Below the pieces are notes generated by a model that saw only the letters and a list, made by a program, of their open reading frames with translations, was not told the origin of the DNA and searched no databases. Below are positions 21,780-33,715 of a stretch of 64,000 bases of DNA, piece by piece. The stretch comes from Mayamaea pseudoterrestris. Lineage: Eukaryota. The translations under genes and the position numbers were made by a program. Numbering within the stretch: the first letter of the stretch is position 1; each line of letters opens with the position of its first letter. The stretch is taken from assembly GCA_027923505.1 (NCBI GenBank), contig BROI01000018.1, positions 558,001 to 622,000 of the forward strand. The letters are read 5' to 3'.

Positions 21780-24182
21780 ATGACGAATTCACTAGTTCCG
21801 AAAGGACTCTCGAGGAGACAAATACGCTCATGTTTACTGTTCATGTTTGTTTTCTTGCCATTGCGAGTCACTAGCTTTACTCCGTCGACAGCTTCCTTCA
21901 TGCGCATTCATTCAAAGTCGCGTCTTTTCGCGCAGCAGCGACCGGACAAGAAGAAGCCAAAGCTTTCAAGATTTACACAGTCAGCTCATCAGGAGGCGAG
22001 TAAAGAGTCCAAGGATGCTACTTCCTTTGATAAACAGCGACGAACACGAGAAGCTCCGCTCGACAGTACCAAGGAACAGCAAGCGGCAGGCCATGTCCGA
22101 GGGAAGAATAATAATAATCAAGTCACATCACGTATGTCACAATCTCCTCAAGCAGTATCGCAGCCCCTGTCAAATTCTCCACCTACGTATATTCAAAGGG
22201 ATAAAATGTGGAGGCGCAATCAGTCGGTCGAAGATTTGGAGGAGGCCTTGCTCAAGCGATGGGGTGACGACGACGACGATTCGCCGTCTGGCAGGGATAC
22301 AATTCCAATGAAGAATGCATTCGCTAAACCAGTCCTGGACCCCTGGGCAAAGAAACGGGAAACGCTACAAAAGACTAATAGCAGTGCTCGCAAAGACAAT
22401 GAAAATCACGGGAGCTACGAACCAATTTTTGGACGAAGCAGCAACAAGCCGCCTCCTGCACAACAACGAAGTCCACTGTCGGTTGATCACTTGATTGCCC
22501 GCACACCAGCCGGAGGTAAAGGAACTTTTCAAATTAATGACAAGGAGGACGGCGACGATGCGTTTTTCTTTCAGGCTCCAAAGGCGAAGCAACAACACGC
22601 GGAAGACACGATTGGAAATGCAAAGCCAAAGACACCCACGCACAGTGCCAATGAAAAGCCACGAGCATCGTTGTTACGAAATAGTCTCGACGCCAAAAGA
22701 TCAACATCTATAATTAAGCAACCATCCAAGTCTTCAATCAAGTCGCTTGTGGACGAGAATGGGAATATAATGTACTTGACGACGCAGCAAGCCATGCGCA
22801 ACTTTGAAGCCAACCAGGCGCAAGGCAGCCAACAATTTACAGACAATGGCATTGCTATGACGGAACAAGACAGCACTTGGCAACAAATTGGCATAAAAAG
22901 TCCACAGTTACTGCAAAATCTGTATGGCATGAGCTGCATCAAGCCGTTGTCTGTCCAGTGCAAGTCGATACCGGCGATATTGGACGTAAACACGGACGTT
23001 GTTGTTGGCATGTACACTGGTTCCGGAAAGACACTGGCCTTTTTGACGCCTATCATAGGACGACTTTTGACAGGCACTACGAATGAAAATGAGGATGATA
23101 GCAGCAACGATGTCAAAAGCAATGAACTCAAAGCTATCATAGTTGCACCTGGCCGCGAACTTGCCAGTCAGATTGTCGCCGTTGCGCGTGACTTGGTTCA
23201 AGGAACAACCTTGTCAGTGCTCATGGCCATTGGCGGCACCACGTCGGCACGCACCGTTGAACAGTTGCGCAAGCGCAAACCTAGTATGTTGGTGGGTACA
23301 CCCGGCCGACTGGCAGAACTTATAGTCGGACGACCAGGAGAAAAGGGCGGTCGCTTAAAATTGGCTGGTGTACAAACGGTCGTGCTGGATGAATTTGACG
23401 CCTTGCTCGAGTATGATGCGCACGCCGAACCAACAAACGCACTGATGCAGGCGCTCAAGCGACGTCATGGAGGCAGTCTCCAGACAATTTTGTGCTCAGC
23501 GACGGCTTGCGACATGGTTGAGTCGCCCAAACTACAGCAGTTCCTACGGCCAAATTACTACACGGCCAACGCTGATCAAAACGATGCGCTAGTGACAGCA
23601 GATGGTGCTGGCAAGACTCGTGTTAGCAAAACTGTCATTCACGGAGTTGTTCATGTTCAGCATCGACGATTAGCACTCGATGCGCTGCGACGAATTCTGC
23701 ATACAGATCCAGTTCCGCAACAAATACTAGTGTTTGTTGAGAATAGCAGAAAAGTTGAAGTCATGGTGGAGAAACTCAAGTTAATGAATATTATTGCTGC
23801 GCCGCTGCATGGTGGAAGGGGAAGTGAAAAGATGGACAGAGCCGAAGTCAGCAAGGCGCTTCGTGAAGGCTACGTTGGCCTCGTCGTAGCAACGGAGCTC
23901 GCCGCACGAGGATTAGATGCGCCGCTGCTGACACATGTCCTTAACTATGATTTACCGACAGACGCATCACATTACGCACACCGTGCTGGAAGATGTGGTC
24001 GAGGTGGACGCCCGGGCGTTGTCATTAACATGACGACTGGGCTAAAGGAACGAAATGTGCCGAGGAGGCTTGCCGACGAGCTTGGAGTTGAGATGCACCA
24101 CGTCGAGATTGCTAGTTCGAAACTGTACATTGTCAATCCCAGCACTCCTTTTCCAGACGCGCGAATAGACTCGAATAGCTAA
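21780..24182 (+). CDS. DEAD-box RNA helicase (DEFD variant), probably plastid-targeted
   Basis: Motifs Q, TGSGKT, PGRELASQ, GTPGRL, DEFD, SAT, ARGLD and HRAGRCGR. Hydrophobic leader ending VTS-FTP. Confidence 0.9.
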   Translation: MTNSLVPKGLSRRQIRSCLLFMFVFLPLRVTSFTPSTASFMRIHSKSRLFAQQRPDKKKPKLSRFTQSAHQEASKESKDATSFDKQRRTREAPLDSTKEQQAAGHVRGKNNNNQVTSRMSQSPQAVSQPLSNSPPTYIQRDKMWRRNQSVEDLEEALLKRWGDDDDDSPSGRDTIPMKNAFAKPVLDPWAKKRETLQKTNSSARKDNENHGSYEPIFGRSSNKPPPAQQRSPLSVDHLIARTPAGGKGTFQINDKEDGDDAFFFQAPKAKQQHAEDTIGNAKPKTPTHSANEKPRASLLRNSLDAKRSTSIIKQPSKSSIKSLVDENGNIMYLTTQQAMRNFEANQAQGSQQFTDNGIAMTEQDSTWQQIGIKSPQLLQNLYGMSCIKPLSVQCKSIPAILDVNTDVVVGMYTGSGKTLAFLTPIIGRLLTGTTNENEDDSSNDVKSNELKAIIVAPGRELASQIVAVARDLVQGTTLSVLMAIGGTTSARTVEQLRKRKPSMLVGTPGRLAELIVGRPGEKGGRLKLAGVQTVVLDEFDALLEYDAHAEPTNALMQALKRRHGGSLQTILCSATACDMVESPKLQQFLRPNYYTANADQNDALVTADGAGKTRVSKTVIHGVVHVQHRRLALDALRRILHTDPVPQQILVFVENSRKVEVMVEKLKLMNIIAAPLHGGRGSEKMDRAEVSKALREGYVGLVVATELAARGLDAPLLTHVLNYDLPTDASHYAHRAGRCGRGGRPGVVINMTTGLKERNVPRRLADELGVEMHHVEIASSKLYIVNPSTPFPDARIDSNS

Positions 24183-24267
24183 TGAGTAATTTAAGAATCA
24201 TCGTGTTAATAAATAAATGGAATCACGCGAGCAACTTTCATACTCCACGATAACGATGCAAAAGTGC

Positions 24268-26703
24268 TCATCGAAGCTCTCGAGCAGTGCTGCCGATCAA
24301 CAGCTCCTCGTCATCCAAAGCATCTTCCTCGTCTGGTTCCGGTTCGCGGTTTCTTAGAACAACAATGTCGTTCCGATCTTCTCTCATTGAATTGCTGCTA
24401 AGCCATCCAAGATTAACACCTTGCGGCTCGCGTTCAGCTTCAGCCCTTGTTCGAACCCGGACTATATCTCCTTCAACCACAGATCCTTCAAGAACAAGCT
24501 TCGAAAGCGGGTTAAGTAATTCCGTTGCCAGTGTACGCTTCAAGGGTCTCGCACCGTATCGAACATCGAATCCGCGCTGAGCTAAAACATCCTTGGCATT
24601 AATGCTGACGTCCAGGAACATGTTCTGTCCATCCTCGAGTCGTTGCGCTATTTCTTTCAGCTGTATGTCTGCAATTGCATGCATCGATTCTGGCTGCAAG
24701 CGATTAAAGACGATGCAGTCGTCGATTCGATTAAGCAGTTCCGGACTCAGCGCGTGGCGCACCACATCCATAATGGACTCCACCGCCTCCGCTTCAGAAC
24801 CCAGCATATGTGGAGGAAGACCGGCAATAATCTGACTACCAAGGTTACTTGTCATGACAACGATAACATTTTGAAATGACACCGTCCTTCCATGACTATC
24901 AGTCAAACGTCCCTCGTCAAACAGTTGCAAAAGAATGTTCCATACCTCGGGATGCGCCTTCTCAAATTCATCAAGTAGCAAAACCTGGTATGGCCGACGG
25001 CGGACTGCTTCCGTCAATGTTCCTCCTTCCTCATAACCAATGTAGCCCGGCGGAGCACCGATCAACCGCGAAACATTATGCTTTTCGCCGTACTCGCTCA
25101 TATCAATGCGCGTCATATTCTTCTCATTGTCAAAAATATATTCAGCAAGAGACTTTGCTAATTCGGTCTTTCCAACTCCACTTGGTCCGAGGAATAGGAA
25201 ATTGCCAAGCGTCCGATTACTACTCTGGAGACGTGTGCGGGCGAGGCGAACGCAATTGGAGACAGCAATCAACGCATGCTCCTGCCCCACCACTCTCAAG
25301 CGTAGCTTGTCCTCAATGTGCAGCAACTTCTTGCCTTCGTCACCAGCAATCCGAGACACTGGAATGCCAGTTTGGCGGGCAACAATCGTTGCCACAGCAT
25401 CTGCAGTAACAGCTTCAGCTAACATTTTTGGTTTGTGTCCTTTGCCTCGCTTATCACTGCTAGCCGCGTCGACCTTCTGCTCCACCTCCTCCATCTCATG
25501 CTCTAATCGTGGAATAGTAGAATGCAACAATTCTCCAGCCCGATTAAAATTTCCTTGTCGACGCGCCATCTCCAGCTCCTGACGCGCACGCTCCAATTCC
25601 CCCTTCAACTCCTTTGCCCGATTTAGTTCCTTCTTTTCTTCCTCCCAAGTATCCATGAGATCCTTTATTTTTGACTGCAGTTCTTTTATTTCTTGTTGTA
25701 CCAGTCGTTTACGAGCTGCAATCTTGTCGTCAGCTTTATCCTCGTTTTCTAACGCACTCGCCTCGATCTGCCGCGTTAGCAAGTCTCGCTCCAGCTTCCA
25801 GATAATTTCGGGTTGACTTTCCTGCTCCAGTCGCAAGCGACTACATGCTTCGTCCACAAGGTCAATACTTTTATCAGGCTGCTTGCGATCCGTCAAATAT
25901 CGATCCGAAAGTGTGGCGGCCGCCACGAGCGCTTCATCCTTGATGCGGATTCCATGGTGCAGTTCGTAACGAGTCTTGATGCCCCGAAGAATCGACAACG
26001 TATCTTCAACGGTGGGCTCGGCAACGTAGACGCTTTGAAAGCGTCGCGATAATGCAGCATCCTTTTCAATGATACGATACTCGTCCAACGTAGTTGCACC
26101 AAGTAACTGAAGTTCGCCCCTGGCCATGTATGGTTTGAGAATGTTGCTCATGTCACTAGAACCTTCCGTCTTGCCGGCACCGACAATCATATGAAGTTCG
26201 TCAACAAATAGAATAATTGACCCTTGTGCTGCTTGAACATCCGCCAACAGATAGCGAAGTCGCTCTTCAAACTGTCCTCGCATCATGGCGCCGGACAATA
26301 ACGCCGTCACATTAAGACTTAGCACCTTTTTTGATTTCATGCTTTCCGGTACTTGGCCCTGATGGATCCTTTGAGCCAAGCCTTCCGCAATAGCCGTCTT
26401 TCCGACTCCAGCCGCTCCAATCAGTACTGGACAGTTCTTGGTTCGTCGACTGAGTATTTGGATGCACTGTCGAATCTCCTCGTGGCGGCCGATGATTGGA
26501 TCCATCTTGTCGGAAGCCGCCAGTTCGGTAAGATCAAGCGTGTATTCTCTCAACGTTTCACCAGCAACTGGAGCCGACTGTCCAAAAATGTTCATGCCGC
26601 CGCCGCCTCGAGGAGGTTGGGCGGAAAATAGGCGATTTTGGATACACATCATGGGAGGCGCATGGGCCAAATTCCTTGATTGCTCCAATAACGAGCGAAT
26701 CAT
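24268..26703 (-). CDS. clpB: ClpB/Hsp78 disaggregase lacking the N-domain, probably mitochondrial (ORF open to 26913)
   Basis: DPIIGRHEEI, GAAGVGKT (Walker A1), FVDELH, coiled-coil M-domain, GPSGVGKT (Walker A2), RIDMSEY, LLDEFEKAH and YGARPLKR. The short basic presequence goes directly into NBD1. Confidence 0.92.
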   Translation of the reverse strand: MIRSLLEQSRNLAHAPPMMCIQNRLFSAQPPRGGGGMNIFGQSAPVAGETLREYTLDLTELAASDKMDPIIGRHEEIRQCIQILSRRTKNCPVLIGAAGVGKTAIAEGLAQRIHQGQVPESMKSKKVLSLNVTALLSGAMMRGQFEERLRYLLADVQAAQGSIILFVDELHMIVGAGKTEGSSDMSNILKPYMARGELQLLGATTLDEYRIIEKDAALSRRFQSVYVAEPTVEDTLSILRGIKTRYELHHGIRIKDEALVAAATLSDRYLTDRKQPDKSIDLVDEACSRLRLEQESQPEIIWKLERDLLTRQIEASALENEDKADDKIAARKRLVQQEIKELQSKIKDLMDTWEEEKKELNRAKELKGELERARQELEMARRQGNFNRAGELLHSTIPRLEHEMEEVEQKVDAASSDKRGKGHKPKMLAEAVTADAVATIVARQTGIPVSRIAGDEGKKLLHIEDKLRLRVVGQEHALIAVSNCVRLARTRLQSSNRTLGNFLFLGPSGVGKTELAKSLAEYIFDNEKNMTRIDMSEYGEKHNVSRLIGAPPGYIGYEEGGTLTEAVRRRPYQVLLLDEFEKAHPEVWNILLQLFDEGRLTDSHGRTVSFQNVIVVMTSNLGSQIIAGLPPHMLGSEAEAVESIMDVVRHALSPELLNRIDDCIVFNRLQPESMHAIADIQLKEIAQRLEDGQNMFLDVSINAKDVLAQRGFDVRYGARPLKRTLATELLNPLSKLVLEGSVVEGDIVRVRTRAEAEREPQGVNLGWLSSNSMREDRNDIVVLRNREPEPDEEDALDDEELLIGSTARELR

Positions 26704-27447
26704 TTTAATGGACGAGACGCCACAACTGGGATTTGGTATATGGATAACATTATTGCTCGTGTAACCATTATGTAGAAGTGAATAAAACTGCTGTGGTGTC
26801 GTGCGAACCATGTCAGTGCTTGGCTCATGATTCCGCGGAAATGGCAGTTCCAAAGGAAACGGACGTCGCAGATTACCGAACAAGCGGGAACTGAACATGA
26901 ACTGTCGGATCATTAATACCTTAGATTGGAGATGTTAGTATTTAGTTTGCATACAAGCTGCGATGCTCCTGCACCTGAGATGCTGGAGATGGAAAGCCCA
27001 TGGTTTTGTGACCGAAAGCGTCGAAGGAAATTATTTGAGCCCAGTACCGCTAAGATGAAGATTTACACGTGGTGTAATGTGATTGGCGAAAAATGAGTCA
27101 CAAATGACGAAGTTATAGCCTTTCGCAAGACTGAAAACAATCAAATACCGATACGACTTCGACCATTTCTTCATCGTCCTTCGACCACACCGCATGCGTT
27201 TCGCCACCGCAACATCCATCATAGCTGTACAATTACCTCCACGTCGACAGTGTTGTAATTATACTTTTTGCGAAGTAATTTCATTGCCATCTTGATAATC
27301 AGTGGCTTATATCTCGCTGCGTGTGCGCAGTCATTATCAACGGTCGTCGTCGAGCATTCTATCAATCTGCTTGACAGGTAACAATCGGCTGCAATTCCAG
27401 CTTCTTCATCTATAACATTTCGCGTCGGAAACTACAATCTATTTTCA

Positions 27448-29019
27448 ATGAACACTGCACTACTAATGAGAAAGCAAACATTGCTTCTGGCAGCGGTGTT
27501 GCTACTGATACACGTGGAATTTAGCACGGCTCATCGATTCTCTTGGTCAGCTGCCATTAAACCAATCGTTTCGCAGCATCATTACAGCTCACCAACGAGA
27601 CAAGCGAGTTACAGACAAAGATTAGATTTAGCGACAGCAGATGAAGTAGATAATGCAGTGGCTGAATCAGCCGTACTGCGACATAACAATAAAGAAAAGA
27701 AGAGACAGCTACAACAACCATCTTCGGCATATATTTTCAAGCGAAGGGCAAGAGAACCTGCTGCCACCGCACTTGACGAGAGTTACTCAGACCAATACCA
27801 ATCAGAAGCTCTTGCAGCTATACCTTGTTCACATACTAAGACAATTACGCGATCTCAAACAGCATTTTCTTCATCCTCGCCTGCCGTCGGCAGCAAGCTG
27901 CCTCCGCCAACCCCTCGGCATTCGACATCAACTTCCCAGACACGCAGCTCTCCCTCTCTCACTCCAACTTCTACTCGTGCGCTAAACTTTTGGGAAAATA
28001 TGTTTTGCGGAGCTATCTCTCGGAGTCTTGCGCAGACAATCATGCATCCTGCCAATTCTATGAAAACTATGCTTCAGAACGATTCAACGCGAGGGCAATC
28101 CATGTTGAATTTGCTACAGCCGAAGCACTTACATCGGCTGACTCGAGGCGCAGGAGCCAATTTGCTGCTTTCGGTTCCATCGGGAGCAGTCAACTTTGCA
28201 GTACTAGAAATGGTGCGCAAAAGGCTTGGCCAATTGACGGAGAATGCTAAGGACAGTAGCAAGAATTCCGATCGTAAGCTGTTACAAGGACCATCGCTTG
28301 ACTTTCTTTCGAGCTGCATAAGCACGATTGCTTGCTCGGTGGTATCGACCCCGCAAATGGTTATTACTGACAATATTATGGCGGGCAATTATCCACATTT
28401 GGCAGGAGCTATCCAAGGAATTGGCGGCAACATGGGCATTGCTGGATTCTATCGCGGTTGGTGGCCTGGGCTAGTTGGCAAGATTCCATCTTATGCAATA
28501 ACATGGACTCTCTTTCAGCAGCTAAAGCAACTGCGAACGCACATGTCGCAAAGGCCTGCTAAAGATTGGGAGAATGCCTTCATGGGCTGCATTGCGAGTG
28601 GAACGACAGTGAGCATTCTAATTCCCCTTGACACCATTAAGACCAGACTAGTGACGCAAATGGCCAATGCTCCAAATGCTTACAAGGGAATTTTGGATTG
28701 CGCAGTCCGCGTGGCAAAGGAGGAGGGAGTTGGTGCCTTTTACCGAGGATTGCCGCCCCGACTAGTTAGCGTTGTTCCGATGATTGGCATCCAATTTGGC
28801 TTGTACGAATTTATGAGGAGGACTTTGTTGGATCGAACAGTGTCTGATGCGATCAAGGAGCGTCAGCAGAAGCTATTGGACGATGGATTGTACGAGCGCG
28901 ACGCAGTCTTTGAGGAAACCTTGATGGAAGTGGCTGCCAGTGCAGACGATCCTAATCCAGCTCCTCACTTTATGAAGCGATTCACCAACAAGAATAAGAG
29001 TAAAAGATTACTGAGATAG
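27448..29019 (+). CDS. Mitochondrial carrier family (SLC25) protein with signal peptide and long S/T-rich extension
   Basis: Three carrier repeats (HPANSMKT, TPQMVITD, IPLDTIKT), plus GFYRGW, YKGILDC and EEGVGAFYRGL. Confidence 0.88.
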   Translation: MNTALLMRKQTLLLAAVLLLIHVEFSTAHRFSWSAAIKPIVSQHHYSSPTRQASYRQRLDLATADEVDNAVAESAVLRHNNKEKKRQLQQPSSAYIFKRRAREPAATALDESYSDQYQSEALAAIPCSHTKTITRSQTAFSSSSPAVGSKLPPPTPRHSTSTSQTRSSPSLTPTSTRALNFWENMFCGAISRSLAQTIMHPANSMKTMLQNDSTRGQSMLNLLQPKHLHRLTRGAGANLLLSVPSGAVNFAVLEMVRKRLGQLTENAKDSSKNSDRKLLQGPSLDFLSSCISTIACSVVSTPQMVITDNIMAGNYPHLAGAIQGIGGNMGIAGFYRGWWPGLVGKIPSYAITWTLFQQLKQLRTHMSQRPAKDWENAFMGCIASGTTVSILIPLDTIKTRLVTQMANAPNAYKGILDCAVRVAKEEGVGAFYRGLPPRLVSVVPMIGIQFGLYEFMRRTLLDRTVSDAIKERQQKLLDDGLYERDAVFEETLMEVAASADDPNPAPHFMKRFTNKNKSKRLLR

Positions 29020-29293
29020 CGGAATGTTTTGCTGCTGTGATGCTGTTACAATTTTGGTGTCCTCGCGTCGTCCATTGATTGATGAGGTTGTCTACGGTGT
29101 TTAGACTGCATAGTTTCAAGCTATTACAATCGCATTGATGTGGCTTTAATTACATGTCCTTGTAGCTTTCATTTTGTCCTGAACGCACTCGACCGCTATG
29201 TGATATGTAAATGTAGGCGTGTTGCGAAATCAAGCTAGGAATAGTCGCGTAGGGACTTCCTCTCATCTATAACGCTACAGTATTTTCTATTCT

Positions 29294-29680
29294 TTACTTT
29301 CGAAAAGTCTGCAAGTCGTTCCGTCGAAGCGTTTCCCAGCATGCCTTGATTTTATCAAATTCGTCTTGACAGGACCCTTTTCGCAGCATGGATCCGTCGT
29401 CGTCGGCTGTCTTGTCGTCTTGACTCGATGCATGATGCGCATGGTAATTGACGCAGTCAGCATACGCTTTGATTTCGTCGGGACAAGTAACTTTTAGCTG
29501 TTGAAAGTATTTCGTAAAGCGGTTGGGTTGCTGAATCTTGCCGCTGGTGATGGAACGAATGTAGCCAGATGGTGCTCCCCGATGTTGTATTAATCCATCC
29601 TGATTTACGCGCAGACAGGATCGAGCCTGGTACAATGGTGATGCTGCTGCTGTAGCAGCTGTTATTCGAGGATGAATCAT
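29294..29680 (-). CDS. Twin CX9C (CHCH) protein, NDUFAF8-like
   Basis: CPDEIKAYADC and CQDEFDKIKAC, each with C-X9-C spacing. Confidence 0.65.
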   Translation of the reverse strand: MIHPRITAATAAASPLYQARSCLRVNQDGLIQHRGAPSGYIRSITSGKIQQPNRFTKYFQQLKVTCPDEIKAYADCVNYHAHHASSQDDKTADDDGSMLRKGSCQDEFDKIKACWETLRRNDLQTFRK

Positions 29681-30443
29681 ATGATGGTGCTTGGCGAAAG
29701 GTTTTGATTAGCATTGCATCGTCGGCCAATCGGTACCGGTACGTTCATGGTGGCGAGCGGATCTTGTCAAGCTTCATTGTCCCATTTGTCGCACTGGTTT
29801 CAGTTTGGCTTCACATTCGCGCAGCCATTTCGAAAGGTGGACAATCTGTATTGACCGGAAACGCAGCGTACGGCAATGCAAAAGTAAAGCAATGTTTGAG
29901 TGCCAACTTTAGCTACCGACACTCCCACTTTCGGCACTTCCACATCGTCCGAGCTGTCGCCTCGTGGTCATCGATTGACGCTGCATTAGATGAATCATAC
30001 TACCGCTACTCCCGAACAGTAGTGAATGAACTAACAGTAAGCACGGCCTGACCGGTGATGTAAGGTCTCGAACGTACTCCTATTGATTAAAAGATGGAAA
30101 GTTGTATACCATACATATCATACTCCGCGGGGACGAAACAAATAATGGCCTTGAACTTGATGAGGTACGATAGTCGTGGAATATTCTGGAACACCATTGG
30201 CTTCGCTCGAGTAATTACACTCATTGACCTACAGTAAAAGATCGGACAAACTTTGCCAATGACTCATCGGAGCTCGTGGAGAGGTTCTTTGGTGGTCACA
30301 TGGCATTTTCGGACGCCAGATCGGCCAGTGGTTGATGATTGGAACTCCTCTACTTTCTGCGTTCGGCTGCCCTTCTCGTTCATCGTCCATCAGCAGTCAT
30401 CATCGTATCCGCATCTGCCTCATTTTCGACGGCTAATAACAAC

Positions 30444-31127
30444 ATGTCATCATCCAATGCAATCGATCTTAACTCCAAAGCTTGCGCACTCATGTGCGAA
30501 AGCAACTTTATCGTGGCTGCATCCTTGCTCACAAGAGCATTGCGAGAGATCCAAGGAGCGCAGAAGCACGATCACGACTATGACTGCTCGCCTTGCCATG
30601 ACTACTCCTTGTCGCTCAAGATGAACGATCTTAGTATTCGACCAGTCCGGATCTCCCCCAAGCAACACGATGTTTCTGTCTTTCGCATATACAATTGGGC
30701 ATTGCTGATTACCGACATGGATGTTGTTGTCTGCTCGAGCGATGAGATTCAGCTAGCTGCTCGAATCTGCGCCATTCTCATGTACAATCTTGGCCTGTGT
30801 TTCCAAGCCATAGGCATGATTGAAGGCTCTGACAAGCAAGTGTCCTTTCACAAAGCCATTCGCGCATATGATGCGTCCAGCATGTTGCTTCAATCGAGTG
30901 GATGTGATCAACGATTACTCCGGCTCGCCATTCTTAACAACAAGGGTTGCATCATGGCCTACTGCTACAGTGACTATAGCGCTGCCCAGGAATGTCTTGG
31001 CGCTTTGCAACACTTGCTAAGGACAGTGCACTGTGCCGAGGAAGTCGTGGGTCGAGAGGATTTGATGGAGATTCATTTGAATGTTGTGCTCGTCTATGGA
31101 AGACATGCTCACGCATCGGCGGCTTGA
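30444..31127 (+). CDS. TPR-like helical protein of a type expanded in diatoms
   Basis: DLNSKACALM, ILMYNLGLCF, LAILNNKGCI and C-terminal HASAA pattern. Confidence 0.6.
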   Translation: MSSSNAIDLNSKACALMCESNFIVAASLLTRALREIQGAQKHDHDYDCSPCHDYSLSLKMNDLSIRPVRISPKQHDVSVFRIYNWALLITDMDVVVCSSDEIQLAARICAILMYNLGLCFQAIGMIEGSDKQVSFHKAIRAYDASSMLLQSSGCDQRLLRLAILNNKGCIMAYCYSDYSAAQECLGALQHLLRTVHCAEEVVGREDLMEIHLNVVLVYGRHAHASAA

Positions 31128-31488
31128 CTGGCAGGCGCATGCCTTCAACTTGATACACACTCGACGTTTAATATATCAGCTTCATGTTATGTCTACACAT
31201 ATTTATAAAATGTATGCGTTTTGGTTATGTCTCAGGCCATTTAGCTCGCTTAATCTCGTTTTTACCGGTACATATGTACCGTAGCTGAAAGAAACTGCGT
31301 CGTTTCCAAGAAACCACGTCACACCACGACTCCACCACAGCGGCCGGCGCGTCGTCCACGTCATTCTTCGAAGAAGGTGCAGCTGCTCTCACGACCATGA
31401 ACTCTGATTGCGCGGTTGTGATTACTTTCTGTACGAGAACTCGGTTGAACAAAAGCCAATCAACTGTGAAACTGAAGGCTGCCTTAGC

Positions 31489-33012
31489 ATGTTGTCAGCA
31501 ATAGGTGCCCGCCCTCTTTCGAGGACTTGTGTCGCGCTGCGCTTGACAAGAATCGCTGATTCTGCTGCTCATACCTCCACTCTCGCGATGAGATCCATTC
31601 ACAGCACGTCCAAGTTTCTACGGTCGGCCGAGCCAATCGCTCCAGCTTCCTTCAGTCCTGACAAGATGGAAAAGGACAAGCGATACGCTGCTTCTGCTGC
31701 CGTCCCCGAGTCCTTGCTGCACGATGACGATGAGCTAGCATCCGGAAGCAATCCATTTTCAATTCGCGGCCAGTTCAAGACGGGTCGTGCAGCGTACTTG
31801 GATTTACAGGCAACGACTCCACTTGATCCGCGCGTACTGGATTCCATGTTGCCGTTCATGATCGGATCATATGGCAATCCTCATTCAAGGACGCATCAGT
31901 TTGGTTGGGAGGCTGAAGCCGTCGTGGAGCAAGCGCGCGCGCAAGTCGCTTCACTCATCAACGCCAGCGATCCAAAGGAAATTATATTCACGTCGGGAGC
32001 GACGGAGAGCAACAACCTGGCAATCAAGGGAGCCGCTCATTTTTACAAGAGTCGCGGCAAGCATATTATCACGACGCAAACGGAGCACAAGTGCGTCCTT
32101 GATTCATGCCGCTTTCTGGAAACGCAGGAGGAGTACCAAGTCACATACCTCCCCGTCCAGCAAAGTACCGGCTTGGTGGACATGGATGAATTAAAGGCAG
32201 CGATCCGACCAGGCGAAACCATTCTTGTGAGCATCATGGCGGTCAATAACGAGATTGGAACCCTTCAGCCGCTCGACCAGATTGGCGAGCTTTGTCGGCA
32301 GAACAAGATACTGTTCCACTGCGATGCGGCGCAAATGCTCGGCAAGCTGCCCATTGACCTACTGAAAACAAAGATTGACTTGATGAGCATGAGTAGTCAC
32401 AAGGTTTATGGACCGAAGGGTGTTGGAGCCTTGTACGTTCGCCGTCGTCCTCGCGTTCGTCTCGAACCAATCTTTAGTGGAGGTGGACAGGAGCGAGGCC
32501 TTCGTTCCGGAACATTGCCGCACTTTTTATGCGCCGGCTTTGGCAAGGCGTGTCAAGTTGCTGAGGAGGAAATGGAGTTTGATCACAGGTGGATCTCCTA
32601 CTTGAGTAACAAGCTGCAGAAGGGCATTGAAGAGCGCATTCCTGAAGTTACACGCAACGGAGACGCCGTTCAAAACTACATGGGCTGTTTGAACTATTCC
32701 TTTGCCTATGTGGAAGGGGAGTCGCTGCTCATGTCTCTGAAAAACATTGCCGTTTCCTCTGGATCGGCTTGTACCTCGGCATCGCTTGAGCCTTCTTATG
32801 TTTTGCGCGCGCTCGGACTGGATGACGAGCTCGCGCATTCCAGTCTGCGGTTCGGCATTGGTCGATTTACGACCGAGGAGGAGGTAGATTTTGTGTTGGA
32901 GTTGCTGGAAAAGCACGTTGAAAGACTGCGTGAAATGTCGCCGCTTTGGGAAATGGTGCAGGAAGGAGTCGATTTAAAGTCGATACAGTGGACGGAGGAT
33001 GCGCACCATTAA
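31489..33012 (+). CDS. NFS1: Mitochondrial cysteine desulfurase
   Basis: [39 protein letters not shown] (PLP Lys), [17 protein letters not shown] and C-terminal [10 protein letters not shown]. Confidence 0.97.
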   Translation: MLSAIGARPLSRTCVALRLTRIADSAAHTSTLAMRSIHSTSKFLRSAEPIAPASFSPDKMEKDKRYAASAAVPESLLHDDDELASGSNPFSIRGQFKTGRAAYLDLQATTPLDPRVLDSMLPFMIGSYGNPHSRTHQFGWEAEAVVEQARAQVASLINASDPKEIIFTSGATESNNLAIKGAAHFYKSRGKHIITTQTEHKCVLDSCRFLETQEEYQVTYLPVQQSTGLVDMDELKAAIRPGETILVSIMAVNNEIGTLQPLDQIGELCRQNKILFHCDAAQMLGKLPIDLLKTKIDLMSMSSHKVYGPKGVGALYVRRRPRVRLEPIFSGGGQERGLRSGTLPHFLCAGFGKACQVAEEEMEFDHRWISYLSNKLQKGIEERIPEVTRNGDAVQNYMGCLNYSFAYVEGESLLMSLKNIAVSSGSACTSASLEPSYVLRALGLDDELAHSSLRFGIGRFTTEEEVDFVLELLEKHVERLREMSPLWEMVQEGVDLKSIQWTEDAHH

Positions 33013-33324
33013 TTCCATGCAAGGCTGCATGCGTTACGAATAGATGATTTCGATGCGTCTTTTGAATCCATTGAATGCTACGGGTAGACGAATAGCAGTT
33101 TTATTGCAGCTCTATGGCGGATGATTGTGATAGTGGCGAAGAAAGAGCCGGCCGTATTGCCAGCTACGAAGGATGACGCTTGAATTTAACTCAGTACGAC
33201 TACCGGTAGCAGTATAGACATGAACATTTCGTTATAGTTATTACTGTTGTCATACGAAGTCTTAAGGTACGACGATTGTGCAAGGTCTGTGAACTATTCT
33301 ATGATGGTACGAGACGACTACAGT

Positions 33325-33381
33325 ACTACCGGTACCGGTAGTCGTATATAGGTACGACGTACTTGTACGACGTACAAGTAC
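33325..33381. repeat. Two adjacent palindromes in a GTAC-rich patch
   Basis: ACTACCGGTACCGGTAGT (33325-33342, perfect 18-bp palindrome) and GTACTTGTACG-A-CGTACAAGTAC (33359-33381). Confidence 0.85.
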
Positions 33382-33715
33382 CTGCCTGTTAAGTTAGTAC
33401 CGCTGCGTGTCAAATTTGCTGTTTTCAGACATGCTAAGTTTGTCCACCGTTAACTATCGCTGATGCATCACGTTTTGTCATTCGCGAGTGCATCCACCAG
33501 CTGCATTCCGGTAGCTGCATTCATCGTCGTCACGTATACGACATCGAAACTCCTTTACTCAAAGACGCTGCACCCATCCTCTACCGGTAGTTACCATGCC
33601 TCGCTCATTCAAGGAGGAGGCGGCGGCGGCGGCAGCTTCGGCGCCCCTCAAGGTCTCTCAGCGGCGGCATGCTCGGCAGCGGCCGTCTCAGCCTTTAAAA
33701 TTGAAAGTAGTGACT

